64,000 nucleotides of DNA, from NCBI GenBank assembly GCA_016212185.1, contig JACRGX010000002.1, forward strand, positions 3,760 through 67,759, given 5' to 3'. The notes under the pieces were generated by a model. It saw only the letters and a list, made by a program, of their open reading frames with translations, ran no database searches and had not been told where the DNA came from. Every line of letters begins with the position of its first letter. The stretch's first letter is position 1. This stretch comes from Nitrospirota bacterium. Its GTDB lineage: Bacteria; Nitrospirota; Thermodesulfovibrionia; UBA6902; DSMQ01. Position numbers and translations under genes: made by a program. Of the stretch, positions 17,882 through 28,603 are shown in pieces.

Positions 17882-18548
17882 CTATTTAATATTCTCCCAC
17901 CAGTTATATGATAAAATGTCTGTAAGAAATTGCTGATATTGGTCGTTTACTACACGATTCATACTTTTTTCAAGTACGTTTGTCCGGCTTGGCCCAAAGA
18001 AAACACCAGAAACGGGAAAAAATAAGGGCATCATCATAGCCCTATAAAACACGGGGTCCATAACAGAATCTCTGATATCACTTCTGAAGGTATTCATATA
18101 TAAAATTTTACCTTCAGGGCTGACAACAGTCCACTTGGAAGTAACAAGAACTTCGCCTTGGGGAAAACACCATATATCCATTATTTGGGGAATTATAAAA
18201 ACATCTATTTCTTGGTTAATCTCTGATGATTTTAATGAATTAATAATTACTACCTCTTTAAATATTTGTTTAAGACTCCCATTAGCCCATCTATCCATGC
18301 CTTCACCAATATCCGCTTTAACGGTTTGAAAAGAAAAAATATTACCATTACCTCCGGCTAATAATTTCTGAGTACAAGAACAATTTTGAAAAACCTTGTC
18401 ATAGAGCCCAGCTTTCAAGGGAATCTTAGTTGAGAAAGTTGTTTCATTATTAAAATCTGCGACTTTAAGAGTTTTACTACTGCTACATCCACTAAAAATA
18501 AGTATGCCAACCAGCAGAAAACAACTTAGAACATTACTTGTGTATTGA

Positions 18549-18559
<11 letters not shown>
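17882..18559 (-). CDS. Hypothetical lipoprotein
   Basis: Hydrophobic stretch and lipobox IFSGC; AT-rich. Confidence 0.65.
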
Positions 18560-19395
<836 letters not shown>

Positions 19396-19509
19396 GTATG
19401 TTTAACTCCTTAAATAATGTATTTGCAAAAACTATATACCAGAGAAAAATTCAAGTCAAGGTAATTTTCACATTGCCTAAAAATGTGGTTCTTCTGCCTC
19501 GCCTTGCCC

Positions 19510-19929
19510 CTACCCTCGTCCTTGATAATTTTGCTCTATATATTTTATATACGTTTCAATATCAGCAAGATTTCTGAGGGCATCCCTGCAAATTTTAAGA
19601 TAATCTATTTTTTCATAATCATGGGCAAGAAAATTGCGGAAAGAGGCAATTTTTGCAAACTCATATGCAAAGCTGGCAGGTATTATGTTGTTTTCCCCAA
19701 GAATATCAATTGTGTCCTGATAAGTCTGCGGCGTTCTTAAATTTCTGTCACGTATGATCAACTCTGCAAGAGTTATGCATGAATCAGCAATGAGGTAAAG
19801 ATAGTGCAGAAGCGCGCCTCTGTAAACTATGTCCTTTAAAAATTTTTCCTCGCAATCCTGCCCCATGTCTTTCAGTGTTTTATGATATTCCTTTATCTTT
19901 TCAATTTTTACCCTTAGCCGCTCTGTCAT
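19510..19929 (-). CDS. HepT-like (DUF86) HEPN toxin
   Basis: FRNFLAHDYEKID (R-X4-H-X-Y). Confidence 0.88.
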   Translation of the reverse strand: MTERLRVKIEKIKEYHKTLKDMGQDCEEKFLKDIVYRGALLHYLYLIADSCITLAELIIRDRNLRTPQTYQDTIDILGENNIIPASFAYEFAKIASFRNFLAHDYEKIDYLKICRDALRNLADIETYIKYIEQNYQGRG

Positions 19930-20309
19930 ATCCCTGCAAAAACCTTTCTTTGGTATTTGAAATCCATTGCATTATGCAAAACATTTAGCTCAAAAGTCTC
20001 TCTTAGCTGAGGGTTTCTGTCGCAAACTATCTTGCCGCTTCTGACTATCTCTTCAAGAAGGATTATGTTTTTTGTCCTGTTAAGAAAAACAAGGTCCACA
20101 GCGTTGCTCTTAAGCGCCCTGCTTAATACTGCATGTAATTCCATCTCCTTGTCAAAAAAAGCGGTCTCTCTACACATATAAACTGCAATGTCTATGTCAC
20201 TGGTGGGGAATGCGTTCTCATAGGCACATGAACCAAATAGATATGCAAATTCCACATCTTCGGCATTCAGAAATATATTTTTTAGTTTTGATAAAATCTC
20301 ACTTGCCAT
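19926..20309 (-). CDS. MntA-like nucleotidyltransferase antitoxin
   Basis: AYLFGS...SDIDIAVY, VDLVFLN. Confidence 0.88.
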   Translation of the reverse strand: MASEILSKLKNIFLNAEDVEFAYLFGSCAYENAFPTSDIDIAVYMCRETAFFDKEMELHAVLSRALKSNAVDLVFLNRTKNIILLEEIVRSGKIVCDRNPQLRETFELNVLHNAMDFKYQRKVFAGI

Positions 20310-20384
20310 TTCAGCTTATCTTCCTTTAAGTTTATAGCAGAATTATATCATAATACCTTCAAAAATAATCAGCTTAATAATTTT

Positions 20385-20448
20385 AAAAAGGGGCTGTCCC
20401 GTCCCGATGCTTCGGGAGGGAACAGCTCCCTTGAATCATGTTTAAGTG
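20385..20448 (-). terminator. Terminator hairpin; direct-repeat copy 1
   Basis: GGGGCTGTCCC...GGGAACAGCTCC with a U-tract on the minus strand. Near-identical to 21143-21208. Confidence 0.7.
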
Positions 20449-20479
20449 AATTTTCACATCCCTCCCTTGAAACTTCCAC

Positions 20480-20890
20480 CTACCAAATCTCAAGGTAAAA
20501 ATCTTTATATGCCTTGATTAGCTCATAATCTGCCCTGTCTGAAGTAATGACTGTGGCTCCGTGGTTTCTTGCAGTAAGCGCTATGAGGACATCAAAATGA
20601 ATATCTCTCAGTTTCCCTGGAGAAAACCCTTTATCTTTATAAATCTTTGACAATATTTCGCCGGACTCAAGCCAGTTCTTCTCTGTCGGGGTAAGTATCG
20701 GGTGATTTTTTATTAGCATTGCTACAAAATCCGATTCTTCTTCCCTAACAGCTCCCCTTGATAATTCGGATAGAACAACAGATGAATTTCTTATAAGACC
20801 CGTCACATTTTGAATGTGATCAACGTATTTATTGGTCCTTAAATGGTCTATAAATACCGAGGTGTCAAAGACGATAATCCTACCTGCCAT
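20480..20890 (-). CDS. VapC-like PIN toxin
   Basis: VFDTSVFID, VLSEL, DVLIALTA, TSDRADY. Confidence 0.88.
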   Translation of the reverse strand: MAGRIIVFDTSVFIDHLRTNKYVDHIQNVTGLIRNSSVVLSELSRGAVREEESDFVAMLIKNHPILTPTEKNWLESGEILSKIYKDKGFSPGKLRDIHFDVLIALTARNHGATVITSDRADYELIKAYKDFYLEIW

Positions 20891-21074
20891 GAGCTTCAAA
20901 CTTCAGTTTGCCGCCGTGTTTTAACATCAGTTCCTTAAATTTTTTCAACCCTGCAACCTCTCTTAATGCCACATGCACCGCCTCAGTCCTGCTTTTTACG
21001 CCAAGAGCCTTAACAACAAAATCAGCAAGCTTAGTATCAAGTCTTATGGACGTCATTTTAACAGCAGCTTTCAT
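20880..21074 (-). CDS. VapB-like antitoxin
   Basis: MTSIRLD...SRTEAVHVALRE; GGAGG RBS. Confidence 0.8.
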   Translation of the reverse strand: MKAAVKMTSIRLDTKLADFVVKALGVKSRTEAVHVALREVAGLKKFKELMLKHGGKLKFEAHGR

Positions 21075-21101
21075 AAAGACCTCCTTGTTTTGTATATACA
21101 A

Positions 21102-21130
21102 ATCATATAATTTTTATATACAATTGTCAA
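21102..21130 (-). promoter_or_regulatory. Promoter of the vapBC pair
   Basis: TTGACA-17-TATGAT on the minus strand, next to the TGTATATACA palindrome (possible operator). Confidence 0.6.
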
Positions 21131-21142
21131 GGATAAGGATAT

Positions 21143-21208
21143 AAAAAGGGGGCTGTTCCCGTCCCGATGCTTCGGAAGGGAACAGCCCCCTTAATCATTT
21201 CATAAGTG
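21143..21208 (-). terminator. Terminator downstream of hppA; direct-repeat copy 2
   Basis: GGGGGCTGTTCCC...GGGAACAGCCCCC with a U-tract on the minus strand. Confidence 0.75.
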
Positions 21209-21325
21209 GGGCGGGGATTCCCCTCGCCCCTATCCTTCCTCTATATTTATGAAGAAAGAATTTTCTGTTTTCATTTCGCCCCGTATCAAATTCAGGGCCG
21301 TTACGTCTCACTTCTTACGTCTTAC

Positions 21326-23404
21326 TTATAATAACGGCACAATCAGCAGAGCTACGATGTTGATGACCTTAATCATTGGGTTAATCGCAGGACCTGCCGT
21401 ATCTTTGTACGGGTCGCCGACGGTATCGCCTGTAACTGAGGCTTTGTGTCCATCGCTCCCCTTCTTATGCATGACGCCTTTGTCGTCGGTAACGCCGTCT
21501 TCAAAGGATTTCTTGGCATTGTCCCATGCGCCGCCGCCGCTTGTCATGGCAATCGCCTGGAAGAGTCCGGTTAAGATACTTCCGATAAGAACGCCTCCGA
21601 GGGCTTCCCTGCCGAGGAGAAGACCTACTGCAATTGGCACTACAACCGGGATAAGAGCAGGAACCATCATCTGCTTGATAGCGCCTTTTGTAACGATGTC
21701 AACGCACTTGCCGTATTCCGGCTTTGCCTTATATTCCATAATGCCGGGAATCTCCCTGAACTGTCTTCTGACTTCTTCAACAATGCTGCCTGCTGCCTTT
21801 CCAACGGCCTCCATAAGGAGTGAGCCGAAATAATAAGGAAGCAGTCCTCCGATGAAAAGACCTGCCAAAACCATCGGGTTAGAAAGATCAAATGATAGGG
21901 CTTCGCTGAACGACCTTGAATACTCTGCAAAAAGGACCAGTGCCGCAAGACCTGCCGAGCCGATTGCATAACCCTTTGTAACAGCCTTTGTTGTGTTTCC
22001 GACTGCATCCAACGGGTCTGTGATATTACGGATTTCTTCAGGCAGTCCTGACATTTCTGCAATACCGCCTGCATTGTCCGTTATCGGTCCGTATGAGTCA
22101 ATTGCAACAACAATGCCTGTCATTGAAAGCATTGATACTGCTGACAGGGCAATAGCAAAAAGACCGCCTGCTGCATCACCGGCAAATCCACCGCCTAAAG
22201 AATATGCGCCTAAGATTGAGGCAACAATAACTACAACAGGCGCACCGGTTGACTTCATGCTGACCGCAAGGCCTGCTATCACGTTTGTGCCGTGACCGGT
22301 CAGGCTGGCCTTGGCAATGTGCTTCACAGGGCCATACTCCTTAGCAGTGAAGTACTCGGTTATGGCCACGATTAGACCCGTTAATGCGAGGCCGATAAGC
22401 GCCATAAGAAACACGTTCATCTGTGTAAATGAAGGATGCTCAACTAATGAAGCCTGCACGGATGCGCCTTCCAGAAATTTGCCCGTAACAAAATAAAAGG
22501 TTACTGCCGCAAGGATGCCTGCAACTGCAAGACCCTTATAAAGGGCGCCCATGATATACTGGTTCTTACCGAGCTTTACTGCAAAGGTCCCTATAATGGA
22601 AGCAATTATAGATATTCCGCCAAGGAGCATCGGGAATTCCACCCATGCGCTGTCAGCGCCAAAAACTGTCCTGGCCAGAAGCATTGCTGCAACGAGCGTA
22701 ACCGTGTATGTTTCATAAAGGTCGGCTGCCATGCCTGCGCAGTCGCCTACGTTGTCTCCAACATTGTCGGCGATAACTGCCGGATTTCTCGGGTCATCCT
22801 CAGGAATTCCTGCTTCAACTTTTCCGACAAGGTCAGCGCCTACGTCAGCAGCCTTTGTATAAATACCGCCTGCGATACGGGCGAACACGCTCATGAGCGA
22901 GCATCCAAAGCCGAGCCCCACAAGCGCATGGAAGGCCTGTTCAGGGGCGGACTGCTTTGCTATTGTATAAAAACACGCAAGACCTATAATCCCAAGACCA
23001 ACGACCATGACACCAGTCACTGACCCGCCCTTAAAGGCAAGACCGAGCGCAGCTTGAAGCCCCCTGCTCGCAGCCTGTGTGGTGCGGACGTTTGCCCTGA
23101 CAGTGACCCACATACCCACATAGCCCGCAAGCGCCGAACCTACCGTTCCAATCATGAAACCGATAGCCGGCCATATGCCGAGCTGCGGTATTGCAGCAAT
23201 GGCCACCACCAGAACAACGGCAACCATAGCAACAGTTTTATACTCACGTGCAAGAAACGCATATGCGCCCTCTTTGACTGCATTAGAGATTTCCTGCATC
23301 TTGGTGCTTCCCGCATCCTGCTTTGATACCCATGCTGCGGTTACGAGGGCGTATACAACACCCAGCGCGCCGCAGAGTAAGGCAAAAAGAATAGTTGTAC
23401 TCAT
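21326..23404 (-). CDS. hppA: Membrane-bound H+-translocating pyrophosphatase, probably K+-independent
   Basis: [37 protein letters not shown] (Lys variant), [11 protein letters not shown]. Confidence 0.95.
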   Translation of the reverse strand: MSTTILFALLCGALGVVYALVTAAWVSKQDAGSTKMQEISNAVKEGAYAFLAREYKTVAMVAVVLVVAIAAIPQLGIWPAIGFMIGTVGSALAGYVGMWVTVRANVRTTQAASRGLQAALGLAFKGGSVTGVMVVGLGIIGLACFYTIAKQSAPEQAFHALVGLGFGCSLMSVFARIAGGIYTKAADVGADLVGKVEAGIPEDDPRNPAVIADNVGDNVGDCAGMAADLYETYTVTLVAAMLLARTVFGADSAWVEFPMLLGGISIIASIIGTFAVKLGKNQYIMGALYKGLAVAGILAAVTFYFVTGKFLEGASVQASLVEHPSFTQMNVFLMALIGLALTGLIVAITEYFTAKEYGPVKHIAKASLTGHGTNVIAGLAVSMKSTGAPVVVIVASILGAYSLGGGFAGDAAGGLFAIALSAVSMLSMTGIVVAIDSYGPITDNAGGIAEMSGLPEEIRNITDPLDAVGNTTKAVTKGYAIGSAGLAALVLFAEYSRSFSEALSFDLSNPMVLAGLFIGGLLPYYFGSLLMEAVGKAAGSIVEEVRRQFREIPGIMEYKAKPEYGKCVDIVTKGAIKQMMVPALIPVVVPIAVGLLLGREALGGVLIGSILTGLFQAIAMTSGGGAWDNAKKSFEDGVTDDKGVMHKKGSDGHKASVTGDTVGDPYKDTAGPAINPMIKVINIVALLIVPLL

Positions 23405-23625
23405 TTAGCTCCTCCTTTTTATTGGTTTCAATTTAAAAAATTACATTTATGTAAATGTTTTTTGCCGTTTGTGTCCTTGCGGCTTGTCCGCAATCCTTTT
23501 ATTTTTTCGTTGTCATTCTGGCTTGTCCAGAATCCTTTCCAAGAAAGATTCCGAATCCCGAAGCATCGGGAGAATGACATTTCCGGCAAGCGAAAATGAC
23601 AACTATAATAAGAACTACTCATTTG

Positions 23626-24744
23626 CTATTTCTTCTCTCTTCCTGAATATTTTGCATAGCAAATCGCCGCCGCCCTGTAAAATATATGGGCAAGTTTTGA
23701 GTATGGAAGATAAAGAAAAAGTGAAAACACAAAAACAAGGTGTATAAAATAAACCGGATACGCAAGGCCTGCCATGCCTGCAAGTCTTGTGGCCCATGAC
23801 AGGATACCGGAGGCCATGATTACTCCAATTATTGTCAGCAGAAGCCAGTCAAAATAGCTTCCAATACCTGATTTATCAACATGCTTAAACCTGTCAATAA
23901 CCATGAGCAAAACACCGATAAAAAGCCCTATCGCGCCGATTAGCCCAAAGATTTTAACAGGCGTGCCGTAACCGAATGCGAAAGGAGACTCCTTATGCAG
24001 AATATCAATATAAAGAACCCCGAAACCTGTAGCAATTGCAAGGGCCATGAAACTATAAAACACCATAAAGTGCGCTGAAAATCTGCTCCTGTCCACAACA
24101 CAGTCTTTGAATTTTTTCTGGCTCAGAATTTCTTTAGCCGTTTCAATTATGCCTGACTTCAAATCGCCCGATGTTACGCCTCCTGCCTGCTTCATGTCTT
24201 TCCAGAACTTTTTCAAGCCGAGAACGCCGACAGCAATTCCAAATAGCAGCGCGGGAGTAAAGACAAACTGAAGAAAGCGGATTGAGGCGAATTTTGAAAA
24301 TACAATCTCGCCGTCCGGTATATTAAACGTTCCCGCTGCTGAAAGTATCACTCCAAGCAGCACGGCAGGGAGAAGGAAGATAAGCCATACAAGATTCTTG
24401 TTACCAACCATTTTTGACAGAAACGCCGGTTTTGAATACATCTGAATGCCCTGCTTCCTGATTGCGCCTAAAACCTCTCCGGGTTTTGCGCCTCTCGGGC
24501 AGTATGCGGTGCAGTCGTTGCACTGATGACAGAGCCAGACATCGGGGTTGCCGATGAATTTTTCTTTCAGCCCCCACTGCGCCCAGACCATTTCTTTTCT
24601 GGGAAATGGTTTGTCATCCGGCGTCACATTGCACACAACCGTGCAAGTTGCGCACTGGAAACATTTTTTCAGGGACTCTCCGCCGCCTTCAATAACCCCT
24701 TTTACAAAATCAAGATCAGGCTTTATAACCGTTGCTGATGACAT
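23626..24744 (-). CDS. qmoC: QmoC membrane subunit
   Basis: CFQCATC and CHQCNDC Fe-S domain plus a heme-b TM domain ending PYSKLAH. Confidence 0.93.
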   Translation of the reverse strand: MSSATVIKPDLDFVKGVIEGGGESLKKCFQCATCTVVCNVTPDDKPFPRKEMVWAQWGLKEKFIGNPDVWLCHQCNDCTAYCPRGAKPGEVLGAIRKQGIQMYSKPAFLSKMVGNKNLVWLIFLLPAVLLGVILSAAGTFNIPDGEIVFSKFASIRFLQFVFTPALLFGIAVGVLGLKKFWKDMKQAGGVTSGDLKSGIIETAKEILSQKKFKDCVVDRSRFSAHFMVFYSFMALAIATGFGVLYIDILHKESPFAFGYGTPVKIFGLIGAIGLFIGVLLMVIDRFKHVDKSGIGSYFDWLLLTIIGVIMASGILSWATRLAGMAGLAYPVYFIHLVFVFSLFLYLPYSKLAHIFYRAAAICYAKYSGREKK

Positions 24745-24764
24745 TTAATACCTCCCAATAATAG

Positions 24765-24872
24765 GGTTCTATGATTCAAGGATTCGTGGGTTCAAGTGAT
24801 TAAAATTCATAACACATTACGAATTACGGTTTTAAAATCCTTGACTCCTTGACTCCTTGACCGCTTGAATCC
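24765..24872. repeat. Tandem 8-mer inverted-repeat element (GGATTCAA/TTGAATCC family)
   Basis: GATTCAAGGATTCGTGGGTTCAAGTG...CTTGACTCCTTGACTCCTTGACCGCTTGAATCC. Confidence 0.8.
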
Positions 24873-24878
24873 TGTTTT

Positions 24879-27104
24879 TTATAATTCCTTAAACGGATTG
24901 GGACCAATTTCTTCAACCCTCTCAACAAAGGTGTTTATCATTTCAGGGAGCTTGTCGTATTCTGATATGGAGACCTGCACAAGCTGGCATCTGTCGGATT
25001 CAAGCTGAAGCTTGTCAAGCGTCTCCTTAACCTTGCTGAAGCGGTAGTTTGCAAGCTCGCTGCCTTTTACAAAATGGCACTGATAATTTTCGCCGTACTT
25101 ACAGCCTAAAAGCATCAGTCCGTCAATTCCTTTTGAAAATGCATCGGTAACCCACACCAGATTGGTTGAACCGAGGCATCTGACAGGGATAATCCTTACC
25201 TTCGGATTTAATTTAATGCGTTTTATTGCCGCGCTGTCTAATGCAGGATAGGCGTCATTTTCGCAAGCCAGTACAATAATCCTGAACTCATCCTCATCCA
25301 CTTCTATGGACTTTATCATTGAACCGACTATATCAACGCTGAAATCCTTGAACGATACAATCCTTTCAGGGCATGCTCCCATACAGGTTCCGCAGCGCCG
25401 ACAGCGGTTGAGTCTGAAAAATGGAGTGCCTTTTTCATCTTCATCTATTGCGCCGAAAGGACACTCCTCAGTGCATCTCTTACATGACGTGCATTTTATC
25501 ATAAGAGGGTCAGGGAATGTCACATCCCATGCCCTCGGATGAACTGCCATGCCCTTTGCAACATGCTCAACGCACTGTATTGCCTTTAATGCCGCGCCTG
25601 CCGCATCCTCTGCGGCGTCAGCCATAGTCATAGGCTGTCTTACGCACCCTGCCGCATAAATGCCTGTCCTTCTCGTTTCATACTGGAAACAAATAAAACC
25701 GGAATCCGCAAACCCGTATGCGCCTTCAAGCGACGGGATTTCAGGACCCTGCCTGTAAGTGAGATTTAAGATGAAATCGGGCTTGGGCGTTGTTTCAATA
25801 TAAGCATTCTTTGCAATATCGCCTTTCTTTTGCGCCTCGGTAAGTCCGTCAAGATATTCCTGAGGGGCGCGTGTGGCAGGCACAACGCCTGTTGCAAGAA
25901 CCACAAGGTCTGCCTCAACCTTTATCTTTTCTCCGAGGAGGGTATTGTCTGCCTCAACATAAAGGTTGCCGTTTTCGGCGTCGCTTATGCCCGTTACTTC
26001 CGCCTTTGTCAATAAGACGCCCGGGTCGTTCTGCATATTTTTATAAAATATTTCTGTCTGCCCCGGTGTCCTAATATCTTTATAAAAAATCATTGCAATT
26101 GCATCGTCATTCTTCTCCCTCACATATTTTGCCTGCTTAAGCGATGCTGCACAGCAGAATGATGAGCAGTACGGAAGGTGGTTTGCGTCCCTTGAACCTG
26201 CGCACTGAATAAATGCCACCTTCTTTGCCTCTTTGCCGTCAGACGGACGGGTTATCTTTCCCTTCTTTGCCATTTCTTCCATCTGAATATTTGTAATTAC
26301 ATTAGGATTGCCGTATCCGAGATGAGTAAGTTTTGAGGCGTCATAGGGTTTCCATCCCGCAGCCATGATGACAGCGCCGACCCTCATTGTCTCGCTTGTT
26401 CCGTTGGTTCTTATAGTTACATCCAGGAGGCCAGGCTGTCCATCTGTCTTTTCTATAATTGATGATTTATATACTTTAATATTGGCGTGCGACTCCACTT
26501 CTTTCATCCTATCAAAAATCTTAGGCTCTTCAAGTTTATCAAACGGCTGCTGTCTCGGCGTTTCTTTATAAAGTTTTGCAGCCCATCCGCCAAGCTCCGC
26601 CTCTTTTTCAACAAGCACAACCTGATAACCTGCATTGGCAGCCTCAATCGCCGCAGAGAGTCCCGCACTGCCGCCGCCGATGACAAGGATCGTCTTGCTC
26701 AAATCCTGAAGTATGCTGGGCTCAGGTAGATCGCCCTTCTGCGCCTTGATTGCGCCCATTACCATATAATCATCTGCAAGACTCTGCGCATCCGTACTCA
26801 TAGGTTCGGCAGTCCAGGCAACAAACTCCCTCAGATTGACCCTTTCTGTTATTGTACCGGGGAAATCAAACTCTTCATATTTTACGCGTGGGGAGCATGC
26901 GCCGATGATAATTGTATTGGTCCCTTCTTTTATATCATTTTTGATAAGCTCCAGCCCCTCGGTACTGCATAAGACCTGATGCTCTTTTACGGCCTCTGCC
27001 GGCACCCTGCCCTTTCCAGAGGTCCTGGCCTTCAGCTTTTCTATGTTTACGGATTCTCCGATGCCACAGCCTTTACAGATATAAACGCCGATTTTTTTCT
27101 CCAT
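24879..27104 (-). CDS. qmoB: QmoB (HdrA-like with MvhD domain)
   Basis: GGGSAG, QCAGSRD, YCSSFCC, two 4Fe-4S motifs, C-terminal ACENDAYP/RCLG. Confidence 0.95.
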   Translation of the reverse strand: MEKKIGVYICKGCGIGESVNIEKLKARTSGKGRVPAEAVKEHQVLCSTEGLELIKNDIKEGTNTIIIGACSPRVKYEEFDFPGTITERVNLREFVAWTAEPMSTDAQSLADDYMVMGAIKAQKGDLPEPSILQDLSKTILVIGGGSAGLSAAIEAANAGYQVVLVEKEAELGGWAAKLYKETPRQQPFDKLEEPKIFDRMKEVESHANIKVYKSSIIEKTDGQPGLLDVTIRTNGTSETMRVGAVIMAAGWKPYDASKLTHLGYGNPNVITNIQMEEMAKKGKITRPSDGKEAKKVAFIQCAGSRDANHLPYCSSFCCAASLKQAKYVREKNDDAIAMIFYKDIRTPGQTEIFYKNMQNDPGVLLTKAEVTGISDAENGNLYVEADNTLLGEKIKVEADLVVLATGVVPATRAPQEYLDGLTEAQKKGDIAKNAYIETTPKPDFILNLTYRQGPEIPSLEGAYGFADSGFICFQYETRRTGIYAAGCVRQPMTMADAAEDAAGAALKAIQCVEHVAKGMAVHPRAWDVTFPDPLMIKCTSCKRCTEECPFGAIDEDEKGTPFFRLNRCRRCGTCMGACPERIVSFKDFSVDIVGSMIKSIEVDEDEFRIIVLACENDAYPALDSAAIKRIKLNPKVRIIPVRCLGSTNLVWVTDAFSKGIDGLMLLGCKYGENYQCHFVKGSELANYRFSKVKETLDKLQLESDRCQLVQVSISEYDKLPEMINTFVERVEEIGPNPFKEL

Positions 27105-27106
27105 CT

Positions 27107-28366
27107 CTATTTTGACCTCCCTGCGACGTGAATGCTTTTCATTGCTACCCCTGTCGCATCCTGAACTGATTTTGCGACATCAACAGGGCTTTTTAAAGTT
27201 CCAACCGCATACATGCCTTTTTTCAGTGAAGACGGCACCACAAAACCATCATCAGTGTATGAAATATCAGCATGTATCGCTGAATCCTTTGTTGAAGGCA
27301 CCATGCCTGCGGCAAGCACGACCATGTCATATTTCTCTGTAATCTTCCTGCCTGCGAGCACATCCTCCACAACCACGCTTACGTCTCCTGTTGCGCTGTC
27401 CTCGGTAATCTTTGCAACCTTTCCCTTTGTGAGCGTTACATTCGGGTCGTCCTTGACCTTCCAGTAAAACTGCTCATACCTTCCGGGCGTTCTTATGTCT
27501 ATGTAAAAAATCCGCGCCTTTGACTCAGGATACTGCTCCCTGATATAAGTCGCCTGCTTTAATGAAGCCATACAGCAGATATATGAACAGTATGGCAGGT
27601 GGTTTTCATCCCTTGAGCCTGCACATTGGACAAATGCAATGTTTTTGACCTCCTTGCCGTCAGAGGGTCTCAGAATCTTCCCTGCTGTCGGGCCGTTGGG
27701 AGATGCAAGGCGCTCCATCTGCATATTGGTTATCACATTTTTTATCTTTCCCGCTCCGAGATTATCAAGCTTTGACACATCATAGGGGTTCCAGCCTGCC
27801 GCAAGGATAATTGAACTGACCTTCAGGCTGATTGTTTCAGGCTTCATGTTTAAATCTATCGCATCATACTTGCACACAGCAATGCATTTTGCGCATGACG
27901 CACCCTTGCAGTGCTTTCCGTCTATTGCATATTTAAAAGGAAAGGCCTGATTGTGCGTGATGTATGCCGCCTTTGTCTTATCCATGCCGAAATTGAATTC
28001 ATTTGGCATTTCAACAGGACAAGCCTCGGCGCAGGCATTGCATCCCACGCACTTGTCGTTTATGAACCGGGGACTGAGTTTTACAGTCACATCATAATTC
28101 CCTTCCTGCCCGCAAACCTTCTCAACCTCTGCAAGCGTATAAAAAGAAATGTCCGCATTGTTCTTTATCCTCTTGAAATTAATCTCAAGCCCGCAGTTCG
28201 GGGGACACAGCTTTGGAAAATATTTATTTAATTGCGTGACCCTTCCGCCCAAAAACGGGGTTTTCTCTATGATAACTACGTCAGAGCCTGCCTCTGCGGT
28301 TTCAACCGCCGCGGTAAGCCCGCTGAATCCTCCGCCTACGACCAGAACTTTTTTCTTTTCTGCCAT
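27107..28366 (-). CDS. qmoA: QmoA (HdrA-like flavoprotein)
   Basis: VVGGGFSG, KYFPKLCPPNCGLEI, CAGSRD, YCSYICC. Confidence 0.95.
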   Translation of the reverse strand: MAEKKKVLVVGGGFSGLTAAVETAEAGSDVVIIEKTPFLGGRVTQLNKYFPKLCPPNCGLEINFKRIKNNADISFYTLAEVEKVCGQEGNYDVTVKLSPRFINDKCVGCNACAEACPVEMPNEFNFGMDKTKAAYITHNQAFPFKYAIDGKHCKGASCAKCIAVCKYDAIDLNMKPETISLKVSSIILAAGWNPYDVSKLDNLGAGKIKNVITNMQMERLASPNGPTAGKILRPSDGKEVKNIAFVQCAGSRDENHLPYCSYICCMASLKQATYIREQYPESKARIFYIDIRTPGRYEQFYWKVKDDPNVTLTKGKVAKITEDSATGDVSVVVEDVLAGRKITEKYDMVVLAAGMVPSTKDSAIHADISYTDDGFVVPSSLKKGMYAVGTLKSPVDVAKSVQDATGVAMKSIHVAGRSK

Positions 28367-28555
28367 TTCTTACCTCCTTAAGGCAGTAATAATTCAAACA
28401 AAATAAATCCAACCACAGAAAACACCGAGAACATATTCATTGTAAATTTATTCCCGAATTGTCGGGACAAACTTAGCATTTTAAATTTGCATTTTGAAAT
28501 GATAATTGATAATTTTGCAATAAAAAATAACCTGTGCCCTCTGTGGTTAAATTAT

Positions 28556-28594
28556 TTTTTAAAAAAATATGGGGAGGGCTGTGCCCTCCCCATA
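28556..28594 (-). terminator. Intrinsic terminator between aprA and qmoA
   Basis: ATATGGGGAGGGCACAGCCCTCCCCATAT followed by T7 on the minus strand. Confidence 0.8.
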
Positions 28595-28603
28595 TAACAT
28601 CAC

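Noticed and set aside
23428..23797. Small ORFs between hppA and qmoC
   Set aside because: Derived from REP-like repeats or overlapping the 3' end of qmoC.
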